From contig MU008153.1 in NCBI GenBank assembly GCA_010909165.1, positions 372,001-436,000 on the forward strand: DNA of 64,000 nt. The letters run 5' to 3'. This DNA comes from Anthoceros angustus (lineage: Eukaryota; Plantae; Anthocerotophyta). The position numbers and the translations under genes were made by a program. Shown piece after piece: positions 1 to 12,911 of this stretch (position 1 is the first letter of the stretch; every line of letters begins with the position of its first letter). The notes beneath the pieces are model-generated. The model made no database searches and was not told the DNA's origin. It saw only the letters and a list, made by a program, of their open reading frames with translations.

Positions 1-4
1 AGAT

Positions 5-135
5 GAGGGCATGATTTTATAACAAGCGGCTCTACTGGGTCATGGGGCTAGGGAACTAGGGAATGGGTGGATACGAGGGCATGATTTTATAACAAGAGGC
101 CCCACCGGACCATGGGGCTAGGGAATGGATGACAC
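5..135. repeat. Degenerate tandem duplication (~71-bp period)
   Basis: gagggcatgattttataacaag...catggggctaggga occurs at 5 and again at 76. Confidence 0.7.
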
Positions 136-326
136 CCCATGCGAATACTAATCCGTTAAGAACGTTTGACTGTGGAGTTTTGATGAACCCCAAGTCCCCA
201 AGTATGGATGTCTCCTTCAAAGGAGAACTTAACTGGGCTTTTTAAGGTATACCACCCCATCGCAATAGTGATCGGAGCAAAAGGATGCTTAACTGTGGAG
301 TTCGGTGTAGATGTCATTCTTGCGTG

Positions 327-440
327 GTGGACATGTATGCAAAATGTGGTGAACTGGAAGATGCACCACATGTTTTTGACAGCTTGTCCACAAAGAATGT
401 TGTGACTTGGATGGCCGTTGTTGGATATGCACGACAAGGG
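327..440 (+). pseudogene. Isolated PLS-class PPR fragment
   Basis: Translates VDMYAKCGELEDAPHVFDSLSTKNVVTWMAVVGYARQG*, near-identical to the S/P motifs of the PPR gene at 58.7-62.5 kb. No flanking ORF. Confidence 0.7.
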
Positions 441-1608
441 TGAGCCGCTCATTGTGTAGTGTCTGCCAATCACAATTATAGTACTGAAGAGTAAGTGCAA
501 GCTTGAATTTAACCTAAGAATCAAACTTTTATTTGAAAGACCTCAATGGCCAAAATACCACAATATGAAATTCAAAACATCAATATGGCACCATTAAATT
601 TGAAATCAAGTGGAGAAAATTTAAAATTTTGACCAGTCATCTAAGTTTTGCCATCCTCAGATGTAAAAAGGCCTATGGGGCCCCTTATTGTAGTCAAGTT
701 CACCAAAAAAATTAGTTCTATTAAACACATGATTAGGCTTGCCTAGGTTCATTTTTACATTAATTATGTTCTTTTTTAGATTATATATTTAATTATGTTC
801 TTCTTTAGATTATATATTTTTCTTATAATATTAAATATATTTACAACCTTTATTAAAATTTTTACATATTCAATAACTACTTATTTTAATAATTAATAAA
901 ATAATACTTACCGATTTGTCAAATTATATTGAGGAAGAAGAAGAATAATTTTATTTAAGTCTACTAAGGATGGATGAGGAGCAAAATGATAACAATTGTC
1001 CTCCCCAAGAAGTGACATTCAGACCAAAGTTCATTAGAACTCAAAAAGTCATGTGCCATTTGGTTCGAACACTACTAAAAAGCGTTACCCATCCCTTGAT
1101 ATAAAAAACCCTATGGGACCTCGTATTCTATGAAGCTCTTCGGGGCTGCCTGCTATAATGCCCCACGTGGATACTAAATAGAAAATGCACAATGAAGTTC
1201 ACCAAAAGAAGTGACAATAATCAATAACTAAATAATTAAAAACTCTTAACAGCTAAAAATAATTAGGGAGTAGAAGGCTGAGTAACATTTAATGGGGGAA
1301 TAACACTTAAGGTAGGAGACTGAACTTGTTACATGTTAATCTCAGTATCCAATATGTTGGCTTGTCGTGTGGTTCTTGCAAAGTTGGTTCTTGTGTCCGT
1401 TGTCAGAGCACGTTCGAGTCTTAAGGTAGACTAAACAACTTAAGGGTGGATCCCCAACCGCACAGTACGGACGATGAAACGATGACACCATGACCGGGTG
1501 GTCATGGACGTTCGTACCCGGAACAAACCTGACACCGCGCCTTGCCCGGCGATCTCCTCTTTCCTGACTAAAAACTTACATTTCCCTTGACCGCCCAAAT
1601 TTATATGC

Positions 1609-2543
1609 ATGTATGTGGGAACCGGCCCCTACCAGCAGATTGAGAAGTGGCTTCTTGTGTTGGAGCTCGAAAGCTGGTCTCTCCATACACAGATTGTGAT
1701 GGAGCTACTCTGCTCCTTGAGCACGTGCCATGGATCATACCCCATGGCAATCCCTTCACATGGCAGACGTGGCCCTACCAGTGGAGGCATAGCGGTCTCC
1801 AGCTCATGCTCATTCTCCAGCCGCTCAAGGCTATGGCTGCTGCTTCCAGGCAGAGGGACCAAGACGGCACCAAGAAGGCAGCAGGTGGCAGTAATTGCGG
1901 GATTTCTGCCTGTGGATCCCTGGTCACCTAATATTGATTCGCAGAGCGTCGCCTCGCAGCTCTTCGCTGTGTCATTGATCCCCTATCTCGGATTTCTCTA
2001 TCACATGACCCGGTCCAAGACTGCGCCTAAACTTACGCTCTTCGGATTCTACTTCCTCCTAGTGTTTGTAGGAGCCACGAGTACGTTTGTGTTTTTTTTT
2101 TGTGCGCTATGCGCAAGTGCTGGCCGTTTCGTTGTAGATTCCTACGCAATATCCTGAATGTGGCCAGACGCTTACTCGTTGTGTGATCGTTGTTTTGTGG
2201 ATGCATCTTGTGCCATCAGTACCTGCCGGCATTTACGGTCAGTGAATTTTTTGTGTCCCAGATCTGCCTGACCTGCTTCGTTTTCCTCCTGCAATTGCCG
2301 GTGGATGTATGTGATTCCTGCGGGTTCTGAAAAATATTTTTTTGGTTTGTCCTTGATGCAGCCAAGGTGCACTATGGGACATCCTTGTCAAATGTTGATT
2401 GGCTCCACGGGGGAGCTGAATTTTTCTTGACTCTCACAAATTTGTTCATAGTCATTGGTTTAAGACAAGCCTTACGAACGGTCCAGAGTAAGACTGGGGA
2501 ATCAGAGGTTGAGGAGAAGGACGCTATAGGATCACCTAAGTAG
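1609..2543 (+). CDS. DUF3593-family (probably plastid) membrane protein. Exons 1609(or 1699)-2080, 2220-2237, 2362-2543
   Basis: SQLFAVSLIPYLGFLYHMTRSKTAPKLTLFGFYFLLVFVGAT|IPAGIY|AKVHYGTSLSNVDWLHGGAEFFLTLTNLFIVIGLRQAL joins in frame over canonical GT-AG introns. Ser/Arg-rich N-terminus resembles a transit peptide. Start codon uncertain. Confidence 0.85.
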
Positions 2544-2960
2544 ATTTCTGCTAGGGAATTGAAGTCCACAATGCTAATAGAAGCTATCCAATCAAGTCGA
2601 TTCTGAACACGAGGCATGGCCACACGTCCCTGCAGCATGAGTCAGGCCCTTCAATGGTCATCAAAACATTGATGGGGAAACTGATGAAGCAAAATGTCAC
2701 CTCCTCCTGCTCTTTCAAGTGGAGGCCTGGGATTGAGCTGTGGACTCCTTCGTGGGAGACTCCTTTCGCTGCGTGCAATTGTTTTAAGTTTAGTTCCTCG
2801 TATTAGCATTGATCTTGAAGCAGGAATCAACTTGTGTATGCAGGACATGAGCATTGCAACAAATGAGCACATAACCGCCCAGACGTACCTGGCGACCTGA
2901 GGAGCCTCAGGTTTCAGCCTGCAGTTGTTGGTTAGTCCGACCATACGACGCTGAAGTCCT

Positions 2961-5737
2961 TTAAATGGTCTTGGTGCTTGAGGGGTCTGAGGGAGTCATG
3001 TTCAACAGAAAACGAGGCTGTGTCATGGTATGGAGGCATGTCAAGTTCAGCATGGCTGAGGAGAGTAAATCGAGATAGCTCACCAGAGGACTTCGTGGAT
3101 TCGTGACACAGCATTTTCTTGGACGGCTACCAAGGCTCATCAAGCTGCTGCCTGCTAACGTGCTAGGCGGTGCCATGACAGTCGGTGCTGACCTAGTAGA
3201 GTTGTGTCCTCCATCAGAAACGACTGAATTGCACGCAGACTTCGAGATGCGAGCAGAAACTGCCGCCAACTTCAAGTCCAGCTTTTCCAGAGAGGCTAGA
3301 ATGTTCTTCTCTTCTTCAGACAAAACTGGGCCTTCACCTGTGGCCATGCGTGGTGGTGCACAGTACTCCCTCGGTGGTAAGGCAGGAGGTGGCCTCTGAT
3401 CCTGAACTGCAAAGAAGGTCATCTGCTTCGGCATCCAGATCTCATCTGGCCTTGTGCCAGCGGAACTGCCTGGCGTGCTTGGTGTGGCTTTGGCACCAGA
3501 TTCGTGTTCAGGTCCCCTGGGAAGCAAGGATTCCTTGCTCCTCGGATTGCTCAGTTGTCGAGGTTGAGCTTCTCTGGAAGGTTTGCCTTGCTGATCCTCC
3601 GAGGTGTGCCTTGACCTTTCACTTATCGTGGTAGAGGGTTGTGTTGCTCTTGCAGGTGTCATTTGTCGGTCTCCAGATGTGTCCCTGGCATGCTCGTGGT
3701 GTGTGACAGACTGTTTTGTTTGCATCTCCTGAGCTGTTCCCCTGGAAACCTCACAGCTGCTGACGGGCTGAGGCAGCGGGGGTGACCTGAAGTGCCCAAC
3801 TTCGTTCCCCTGTCTGTACATTTGATGACTCATGTTGAGGAGTCGAGGTACAGATGGCTGCCCCATCTGAGAATTCTGCATAGCTGGATATGGCATGGAA
3901 TGTATAGAAGGTGGCTGCTTCCGGTGTAAGGGACCCTGCGCTTCCCACCCAATCTCCCAGGCTTTGGATTGCAGGGGTCTCGTTTCATTACTCGAGAATG
4001 CATGTGCATCCTCAGTTGTTTTTCCTCTGGAAGTATGGCGCTCTGTGTGTATTTTGAAGCTCTCGTGGGCATGCAGCTGTTGATTTGGAAACCAGTTTTG
4101 CATTGCATCATTGCTTACATTGATCTGTCCTTGGTCTCCTCGAGCCCTCTTGTAGCCTTGTTCATCGGAAGGAGAGACGCAGTAAGCAGTCAAGGCTGCA
4201 ACTGCTGAGTTGTACTGTTCTTCACCTCTGCAGAAGTTGGAGAGCTGGACAGTCATCGCCGTGTTGTGCACTTTGATAGTACCTTGGTCGTCGTTTTGTG
4301 AGCAGGTACACTCGTCCAGAGCAACATGTGGTTCATGCTTTTGGCGCTTTTCACTTTCCTGTGTGAGCTGTGACCGACCGTCTGTCTCCACGGTGTCGAT
4401 CTCTTCACCATCCTCAATATCTAGGGCTTCTGGCTGGTTGCAATCTTCAAGGCGAGACTGAATGGCAGTGACCTCTGCAATCAACCTCGCTGTAGCAGCT
4501 TCATTTGCAAGTCTAGCTTTGACTATCTCCTCGCGGAGATAACTTGCTTCCCTATTAAATCCTTGTGCTGTACCAGATATGTCTGCTACTTCTCCCCTTG
4601 AACCTGAAGACCTCTGATCTTCTCCAGGTGAAGCACAGTTACATGCCATACCATTTCTCGAGTTGGCTATCGAATTTGACGGTGAGGTTGATCTTGACAC
4701 AAACACTTGCTGGGAGCAGTCAAGAATAGAGGCCGCCTCGGCCTCGAAGAACTCGTGCTCCTTTTCATAGCATGGACCATCCTGATTTGTGTTCTTCTCT
4801 GCGTAGGCCTTCTTCGAGAATCCCATGTTCAAAACCTTGGGTGATGCGAAAGTGTTAGAGTAGGCGATTAGGCTACTTGCAGTTGTTGTGATTGATGACA
4901 CAGTCACCGAGTCATCTACTGCTGGAGTGATGTGCTGAAAATTCCTGTGCACATAGTACCCGTCCTCGTCTAACTCTAGCTTTGAGTAATCTATGGGACC
5001 GCAACTCAGATGCGAATCAAGCTCGTATGCATCACGAGCACTTTCTGTCCAAGATTCGCTGTAGTCGTGTGCAGAAGAAGCTGCATGGTGCTCTTCAGAT
5101 TCGAAGCTCTCCTTCCGCTTACTGTTAAGGCTGTCGCAGGTGAAGTAAGTTCGAAATGAATCGCAAGCATTAAACAAACAATAACACGATGATGGACTCA
5201 CAAAATTTCAATACTGTAAGAAGAGGCTTACGGGTTCGAGCGTGTGACGTTCATAGTTCTCAAAGCATGCGGATGCAAGGTGATTTTGCCCCCAGTTGCG
5301 AGGTGATTCGTTGGGGGCCCTGCTTTAGCGATTACCCTGATCCTGTCATCAATATCCCTCTCCTCTCTGTATACTGAAGAATTCCACCTCGGTTTCTTAT
5401 GGCCGCCTTTCTCCTGCTTGCTGCAACCGCGTTGTGCCTTTGAATTCGAAGTGGCTGAATTTTTTACAGGAGTCTGCAGAGCGGAGTGGATGTACCCTGC
5501 CAGCCTTGCTCGTTCTTTCCTTCGCAGCTCTAATATCTCCTGGGCCTCCCTCTTCTCAGACTGCTCCCTTTCCAGACGAACCTCTTGCCATTTCCTACAT
5601 AGGTTGTCGACACCACGATTTGGCTTGCAGGCTTTGCTTTCTGAATCTAACGGAAAGAGACGACAGAAAGGCAGCAAAGGACAACAGAAGACATAGCATT
5701 TGCAAGCCTTCCATACCGGTGTCTCGAAGCAGTGCAC
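2961..5737 (-). CDS. Large low-complexity/coiled-coil protein of unknown function. Intron 5231-5131 joins ORFs 5228-5737 and 2961-5201
   Basis: 746-aa open frame. GTAAGC donor at 5231 and CAG acceptor at 5133-5131 give a phase-2 in-frame join. True start and 3' end not resolved. Confidence 0.6.
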
Positions 5738-6632
5738 TTAGCGTTCAGGAGCCTTCTCCTCTCCATGCTCATCCTTGAGCATTTCATCGCCGAGTAGTGC
5801 ATTTCTTGTCCCTTCTCCTGCATCATCCTGTGCCTGCCAATGTATACTTCTCCGCTCTTCACTCCGAGTGACTACGATCTAAACACAAATCTCGCCACCT
5901 TGCACCAGCTGCACTGCTGCACTATAGATGAAGCCCGGCACTATCTATCTATCTTTCTTCCTATTGTCCTTGCCTCACAATCTCCGGAAAACAATCATCA
6001 AGAAATCCTGGAAGAACTTCGACACTCATTGTGACAACCACTGGCTTCACCACTTCTTGGATCCAGCGGACAGCAGCCAAAGGCCGGGAACAACAGAAAA
6101 TTTCTTCCGCTCAATATTCACGGCAAGAGCGCATGGAATGAACACATTGAAGGCCGAGATCATCTTAAAATTCCAGGACATCCTCTCAGAACTATATCGG
6201 AACTCCGGCCATTCTTCCAATTCCTCCAGATTTTTTCACATCAAGTAGCAGAAGAGTGTACACTCACACGAGCATCTTCCGAGACGGACGGAATGCAAGC
6301 GCAAACCACACAGAGCTGCGTGGCTGCCTCCCACCTAACTGTTTCCCCCTCAAGCATCGTCCGTCCCGTTCTGTTCGAATTCCTCTTTACGCGGTACAGT
6401 GACCAACGTCCACTTAGTCTAACCGTAAACCGCTTCTATGGGTTAAGAGTAAATCAAACGACAAACCTCTCTTCGTATGACCCTGTTCCCTTACTGCGTT
6501 TCACGCGTATCAACTCCCCTGTGTTGTAGTGAAGCTTGTGTGTATGTGCTGCCGCACTGTTTTCTCCAGCTAAACAAGGTTCATAGAAGGTAGAGAATTT
6601 TGGTATAGTTTTTTGATATATTTTAGTATTTA

Positions 6633-8215
6633 ATGAGAATGTCTTCAAAGTTATGGGTGTCTTGGGGTGTATTTTTTTCATTGTTCTTGTGCACAACTCT
6701 TTTATATGAAGTGAAGCTTATTGGGGCTCAACTATCACCTAACCCTCCAAATCTTCCAGGTTTTCAATTTCCATCACCTGGGATTTCTATTCCTAAACTT
6801 CTTACTCAACCTTTCTGTACCAATGAAGTTGCATATCCAAGTTGTCCAGCAGTTACTACATTTGATTTAATAGACCTTCGATTCTTCGTTGGGACATGGT
6901 ATGAAATTGGGAGGACGGGACGAAGCAAACTCCAAAATGAGGCAGGACAAAATTGTCAACAAGTCAATTATACTTTAGTTAACGTTGGAATTATTGGAGA
7001 ATCATCCAGTCAGCTGAAAGTGGTGAACAAAGCTGTGCAAGTTACAGGCCCTGTCGCTACTTTTGGGTTAAAATCTATTGGAAGTGGAACAAGGAGAGTG
7101 TGCAATGCAGCTAAGAAAATATGCGACCTACTTGGTCCAACTGCACAAATTACACAAACTAGTGCTCAAGTAAGTCAATTGTATGTGCCACTTTCATAAA
7201 ATCATTTGATGTACCTAATATGTATTGTCTATACTCAAATTATATAATTTATTTATTATTAAAAATACTACAGCTTGGAACACTTGCCGCATCATTGGCT
7301 CTGGTACACCCAGTAGAAGCAGCTGCTCTATCGAATGCATCTTTGAAGATAACCGCCAAAGGCCAACAAATTCAAGCATCTCTCGATTTTCTTGCTAAAA
7401 ACGTCACTATCATTCAAGAATTAGCTTTACACACAAGTGACAACAATAGTACTAGAGATGTTATAGTGAACAACCTCCAAACATCGATATCTGCAATTCG
7501 TGATATCATCACCAATATTTCCTCACTTGTTTCTCAAGTGAGTGATGCTCGGACAGATGTATTACAGGTACATCCACCTCACTGAATTTATCAAAATTTT
7601 ATTGGGATGAGAAATACTTATCAATATTTAATTGAATGTGGTCACAACCTACTTGTGCAGGTTGCTTCTTCATTGTTAGCTCCAAATCCAAGTAAAGGTA
7701 TTGATCCTCCACCATTTGAATTAATTGGCCAATTATGGAAAGCAGTGGTGGAACTTAGTAGCCAAGAACAAGAAATTCTAGCAAAGGCAACGAAGATTCG
7801 TGTAAGCTTGGCTAGCATTGATGTTGCTTCAGGCTTACTCAATCTTGACCAAAGCAACCAAACCACAGTTGTAACTCAAGTTGGATCAGCTGTGCAAAAT
7901 ATTACATCATATGGAAAGCTCAATGTAACCTTACCTAATCAAACTAATGTGTCCAAAGAATCTCCATTTTGGATTTTGGCTTTGGATGGTATACCTAGCC
8001 AAGGATATCAATCTGCTTTGACATATTCTTGCACTGAAAGTGCAAATGGAGATATAAGAAAAACATTATCCATACTTTCGAGGAACACCACATTAGCACA
8101 AAACACTCTTACTGGATATCTCCAAACCGCTATAGCTTTTGGATTTAGTTTTGATTGTGAAGACCCTCTTATTTTGAACAATCAAGACCCTTCATGCGTT
8201 GCAGCCATAGCTTGA
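6633..8215 (+). CDS. Secreted ApoD/Blc-like lipocalin with a large central insertion. Exons 6633-7169, 7274-7567, 7661-8215 (~460 aa)
   Basis: Hydrophobic signal peptide; SCR1 motif FVGTWYEIG; C-terminal SPFWILALD..YQSALTYSC and LSILSRNTTL (SCR2/SCR3-like); terminal Cys; phase-0 GT-AG introns. Confidence 0.75.
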
Positions 8216-8419
8216 TGTGATTTGCAAGTATAACAATTCTGTAACGTTGATGCAATAAAGTTGATGTTTCTATTTTCTACAAAAAAAATCATCTAATTTT
8301 AAAATCCATAAAATAATTAAATGTTTTATTTTTATATCTTATTCATTTTTATCATATTTATTAGTTTTTTCTATTTTTTATATCTATTCATTGGCTTGCA
8401 CACCCTAAGAAATAATATA

Positions 8420-8560
8420 TAGAAGAAGAACAAGAAATCTATTATAGTCCACTTAGATGGAATTTTTTCTATCAAGGGACTTATACTTAACAACTTGTAC
8501 CATGGTGTGCCTAAACTATTAGCACTACATGCATCCACTACCTCTAGGCACTCCCATAAA
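8420..8560 (-). repeat. Dispersed LINE-like 3' end; related copies at ~932-975(-), 25745-25850(-), 32130-32170(+), 40075-40225(-)
   Basis: Shared core caacttgtaccatggtgtgcctaa.cta.t.gcac...gcatccact and/or terminus ccttagtggacttaaataaaattcttcttctt (AATAAA followed by (TTC)n). Confidence 0.6.
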
Positions 8561-8689
8561 CTAGGTACAATTCAAGGCAATATTTTTGGTGGAAGTACCA
8601 ATCAGATTAATTTTAAATAAAATAAAAATATTCTTCTAAAAATTTATTCTTCTTTTTTTTTTTCCTACTTTCAGTAACTAATCTAGATA

Positions 8690-9100
8690 TTATGTATATC
8701 GTGAATATGTATTAATGCTCAAGATTATGCCTAGTCCAAAGGCTATATATATAGTGTTCCCGTATACATATATGATATGAGTGAGCTAAAAAACATTAGG
8801 TAGTGAGTGACTTCAGTAATATTAGATTTTTGAGAATATGTCTAAATGCTAAATATGATATGAGTGGGCTAAGTAAAGTTAGGTAATGAATGACTTCAAT
8901 AATATTAGATTTTGAGATTATATCTAAGTGTTATCGATTTGTATATGTTACTTTTGTCTAATGTTCATCTTGTCAGCTTACGTGTTTACTTGTAGTATTA
9001 CAAGTAAAGCGATTCCAATTCGAATTAAGGTACCTTGTTTTTTGGGAGCTGTTTCCATGTCATGTTTGCCAAGTTCATTATTATCATGCAACTCGGACGC
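8690..9100 (-). pseudogene. F-box paralogue relic (3' part) with flank; inverted homologue of 29548-29850
   Basis: Translates CMIIMNLANMTWKQLPKNKVP*, versus IINMVNRSWRRLPKLKLP in the intact F-box gene. Nucleotide homology to 29550-29850. Confidence 0.6.
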
Positions 9101-9686
9101 TACACAACTCCGGGACCCTTGCTTATCTCTCTGTTTGAAGGGTTTTCTCTCTCTATGTTGGAAGGTTTTGCAATCACTATGTTGAAGTATACTGCCATGC
9201 TTAGGGTATCTTATTGTAGCTCTTGCATGCGTTATTTTTGAACATTGGTTTTAACTAAGTGTGCACCAGTTGAGCTGACAAAGGTCTCCCATCTTGATTG
9301 TTGGCTCTTCTCGCCATGTTATTGAGGCCGTCATCGCTCTAGTTGGCCATACTGGCTATGCTATTCAGCTATGTACAACCAGCGGCGACGTGATAAACCC
9401 ACCCTAAGCTGATGGTGTCCATGGTGAATGTCATCCCTCTCGGCCACTATGCAACTCCCTTGCTTATCTTCATGTTTGAAGATTATTATCAACTAGTGTG
9501 GAAAAACACTTCACATGAGAATTCGGCATAGCATATTACTCTTAAATAATGTGCAAACTCTCTTTACATGAGAATTTGGCACAACACTTCCATTATTCTT
9601 ATCTCGTGTAGAAGATTTCTCACTTGAGAATAACGCTCAGCAGATTATTATTCACTCATCAATTGTGGAACTATTGTCTACTCATA

Positions 9687-12600
9687 CTTGGCTGAGGAGG
9701 TTTATGGAGTCGTGCTGGAGCGGTGTTCAGGGAGTGGTGTTCTCAAGGGTTTTGGAGCGGTGAGCGGTGTTGTCAAGGGTCTTCTATATATGGTCTTTTC
9801 CAGGGTCTTCTCCAGGTCTTTTTACATGGCTCCCCAGTATGATGCGGGCCACCCAATCTACGCCTATCAAGGACACCCCTTGCCCGGTCTACTCTCAGCT
9901 TTGCTCTGGGGTCAAGGGGGTGAAATGTCACATTGGGCACAAGCACAAAGATTTCGACAAGACTACTTGGGAGGCACAAGTACGGCTTGCTTCTTCTTCC
10001 GGCGCAGCGGCTCACCCAATCCTCTTCCGGCAGCTCCCTTGGGCGCCGGGTCTGGGAGTGGCAGGCGGTCCAACCACTGGCGTTGTTTCACACTCGTTTC
10101 CCGAGCCCCCGTCTTTTTCGGCGGCTCCCGAGGCGTCTTCACGATGATGTTCGCCTTACGTACCGCCTTCCATTGGATCGCCTTGCGCGGGACCCCGGGG
10201 ATGAGGAGGCTTGGACTCTTTTCCTTTTCCTTCCTACATGGTGTCTTCGGCGCTCTAGAGGCGGTTCTTCGGGCCGTAGGGTGGTGGCTTCTCGCCTCCG
10301 CCGCTTTCGGGCGAGGGATTGGGAGGCTCTACAAGAGGAGAATCTTTTGGCGGCAAGATCTAGGTTGGGGTCGGCCAAGGACAACCAGGTTTGTCCGGAC
10401 CCTGGTAAGGCGTGTCTCCGAAGGTGTCATATGTTGGGTCGGAATGGTGAGTACGTGCGGGCCGCTAGGGCTTTACGCCCGGAGCCGGTGCCGGCCTTCG
10501 AGGACACCATCGCTGCGCTCCGTGCCCTTCATTTGGCCCCCAGTGACAGCATTCCACAGGATACCTTCGACTTCGTGCCCGAGGAGCTTTTTTGTCTAGA
10601 CAGGGCAGTCTTTGGTCGGGCCCTCTCCACTGCCCCCCGACTCTCCTCGGGTGGTCTGTCAGGGACAGTTTATGACCACCTTCGAGATTATTTTCCCCAG
10701 AGGATCCATCTAGTGGTTATTTAGAGCTTTTCTTTCTGGCGGCGGCTGTGGCCAGAGGCGAGGTCCCTCGCAGGATCTCCCAGGTCTTAGGGGCTTGCAG
10801 GTTACTAGCTTTGGAGAAACCTACGTCAGGGGTGCGCCCTATTGCTGTCGGAGAGGTGTTCCTGCGCCTCATTAGCCGCAGCATTGCGATTCAACTTCGG
10901 GAGCACTCATAACTCCAGGGGGTTGTGAGTCTGCGGCCTTTGGTATTCAGGCAGTCCTTGAGTCTCGCCCACATTGGGTTGCTCTACAGGTAGATGTCGA
11001 GAATGCCTTCAACACTGTGTCTAGGGCCGTCATTTTCTAGGAACTCAATGACGCAGGAGGGCACCTAGGGGGCCTCATTCCATTTGTTCGCTCCTTCTAC
11101 GATTCTCCATCCAATCTCTACTATCAACATAGTCCAGCTACGGAAGGCGTTTCGGTTCTCCACTCGGCGACGGGCACAAGGCAAGGGGATCCATTGGGAG
11201 GCACGCTCTTCACCATGGCGCACTTCAGGGCACTGTCCTCCACAACCTCTGCAGTTCGGGAGTGCCTTTTCCCATCCGTGGCTGACGATACCCATATCCT
11301 CGGGCCAGGGGACAAGGTGAGGGCTGCATTTGATCTCTTCTCCTTGGAGCTCTCCCGTATAGGATTAAGGGTCAAGATCAATAAGTACAGGGTGTGGTCC
11401 CCTTCCGGCAATACATCCCCTCTTCACTATCCAGGGGGGGATATTATTTCTCCGCAAGGGCTTCGGGTCCTCGGAGTTCCGCTGGGTCCCCCGGACTTTA
11501 TTCAAGGGTGTGTGGACGTGGCTCTGGAAGAAGACATGGCTCACATTGGGGACCTTTCACAAATTGGGGACCCTCAGGTTGCGTTTGGTACTTTGTCTTC
11601 CTGCTTCGCGCATCGACCATGTTATCTTACCAGGACGGTTGTCCCCGGCCTTTTTATCAAGCTTGAGGCATTTTGATAGGCAGGTTATGTAGGCGCTTGG
11701 GGACATTATAGGTCCCGGCACCTTCGAATGCGCTGACGGTGACTTGGCGCGGAAACAAGCATCATTGCCAGTGGCCTTTGGTGGCACTGGCTTGCTGGCC
11801 ATGGAGGCCTCATCTCCGGCAGCTTTCCTCGGGAGTTGGGCCCTCTCTGCCCCAATTTTGGCCTCTCGATTCTTAATGCAGGACTCCCCCCTTCTGGAAG
11901 CCTTCGTCTCGAGTGTTGAGGAGGGGGCCTTCCCCTTGCAGATCTCTCTCAGGCGGGCTAGGGACTCCCTTTCCTTAGAGGCTAGGGAAGACATGCCTCT
12001 ATGTTCCTGTTCGGGGAAGGGGGCAGGCTCCTGGCTTTTGGCTCGGCCTTGCATTCCGGCGTTCCGAATCGCATTAGCATCCTTTTCGACCGCGATGAGG
12101 GTCCGCCTCGGTTTGGCTCATCCTCTGGCCTCTTCTCTTTCCACGTGCAGTTGTGGAGCTGACATCGACGATTCCGAATCCCATTTGGCCCGTTGTCCTG
12201 TGGAGGGGCAACGTATTGCTACGCATGATGCCGTTCGCGACGTCATGTTTTCGATAACTATGGAGAGTGGTTTTTTTTTTATACCGGGAGTGCCCATATA
12301 CATTGCGTAATGGCGTGTCACTCAGGGCAGACCTTTTTTATACTAGGGGAGAGCAAATTTATATCGCTGATGTGGTTGTCACGGATCCCACGAGAGACTC
12401 TATAAGCGAGCATGTCATCATCAACCCCCCGGGCTGGGAGGCGGAAGGATGCGCAAAAAGCAAGACTCATAAGTACTCTCCTATGCAAGACGGCCATGTT
12501 TTCATCCCCCTCGCCCTCGAGACTCATGGGGCTATGGGCAAGGGCTTCTCTAGGTTAATTAAGGAGTGTGCAAAAGTCTATCACAGCCACAGGAATTGGA

Positions 12601-12911
12601 GGGGCCTCCCCCTTTCCTCCGTGGTGGCTTTCTTTCGCCAGCAGGTTTCCATAGCTCTGTAGAAAGTGCTGGCTAACGCTGTTTATAGGATGGCTACGTG
12701 CGCAGGACTAGCGCCTTCTTCGGCACCGGTGGTAGGTAGGCACTTCATCATCCCTGATCACGATATCATTGGTGCAGTAGGTAATTACGGGAAAGGCATT
12801 CTAGGAGACTAGGACTTCCCCTTTTACTATTAGCCCTTTTTGGGTTGTTGCTCCTCGGACTTCAGGGGTAGATGGGGTTCCCCATCTTGTCTATTAATAA
12901 CGTCTACTCTT
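9687..12911 (+). mobile_element. Near-full-length, inactivated CRE-like non-LTR retrotransposon (RT + C-terminal restriction-like endonuclease)
   Basis: RPIAVGEVFLRL, QVDVENAFN, QGDPLGG and VADDTHILG RT motifs; CSC-x9-H-x3-C knuckle, THD, RADL..IADV and FIPLALETHG endonuclease motifs. Frameshifts and in-frame TAG stops at 11038, 11690 and 12660. ctcata flanks both ends (9681, 12912). Confidence 0.85.

Noticed and set aside
11038-12662. TAG stops in the retroelement as possible U-to-C editing substrates
   Set aside because: Nuclear TE that also has frameshifts; CHG methyl-C deamination explains CAG>TAG, and plant U-to-C editing is organellar
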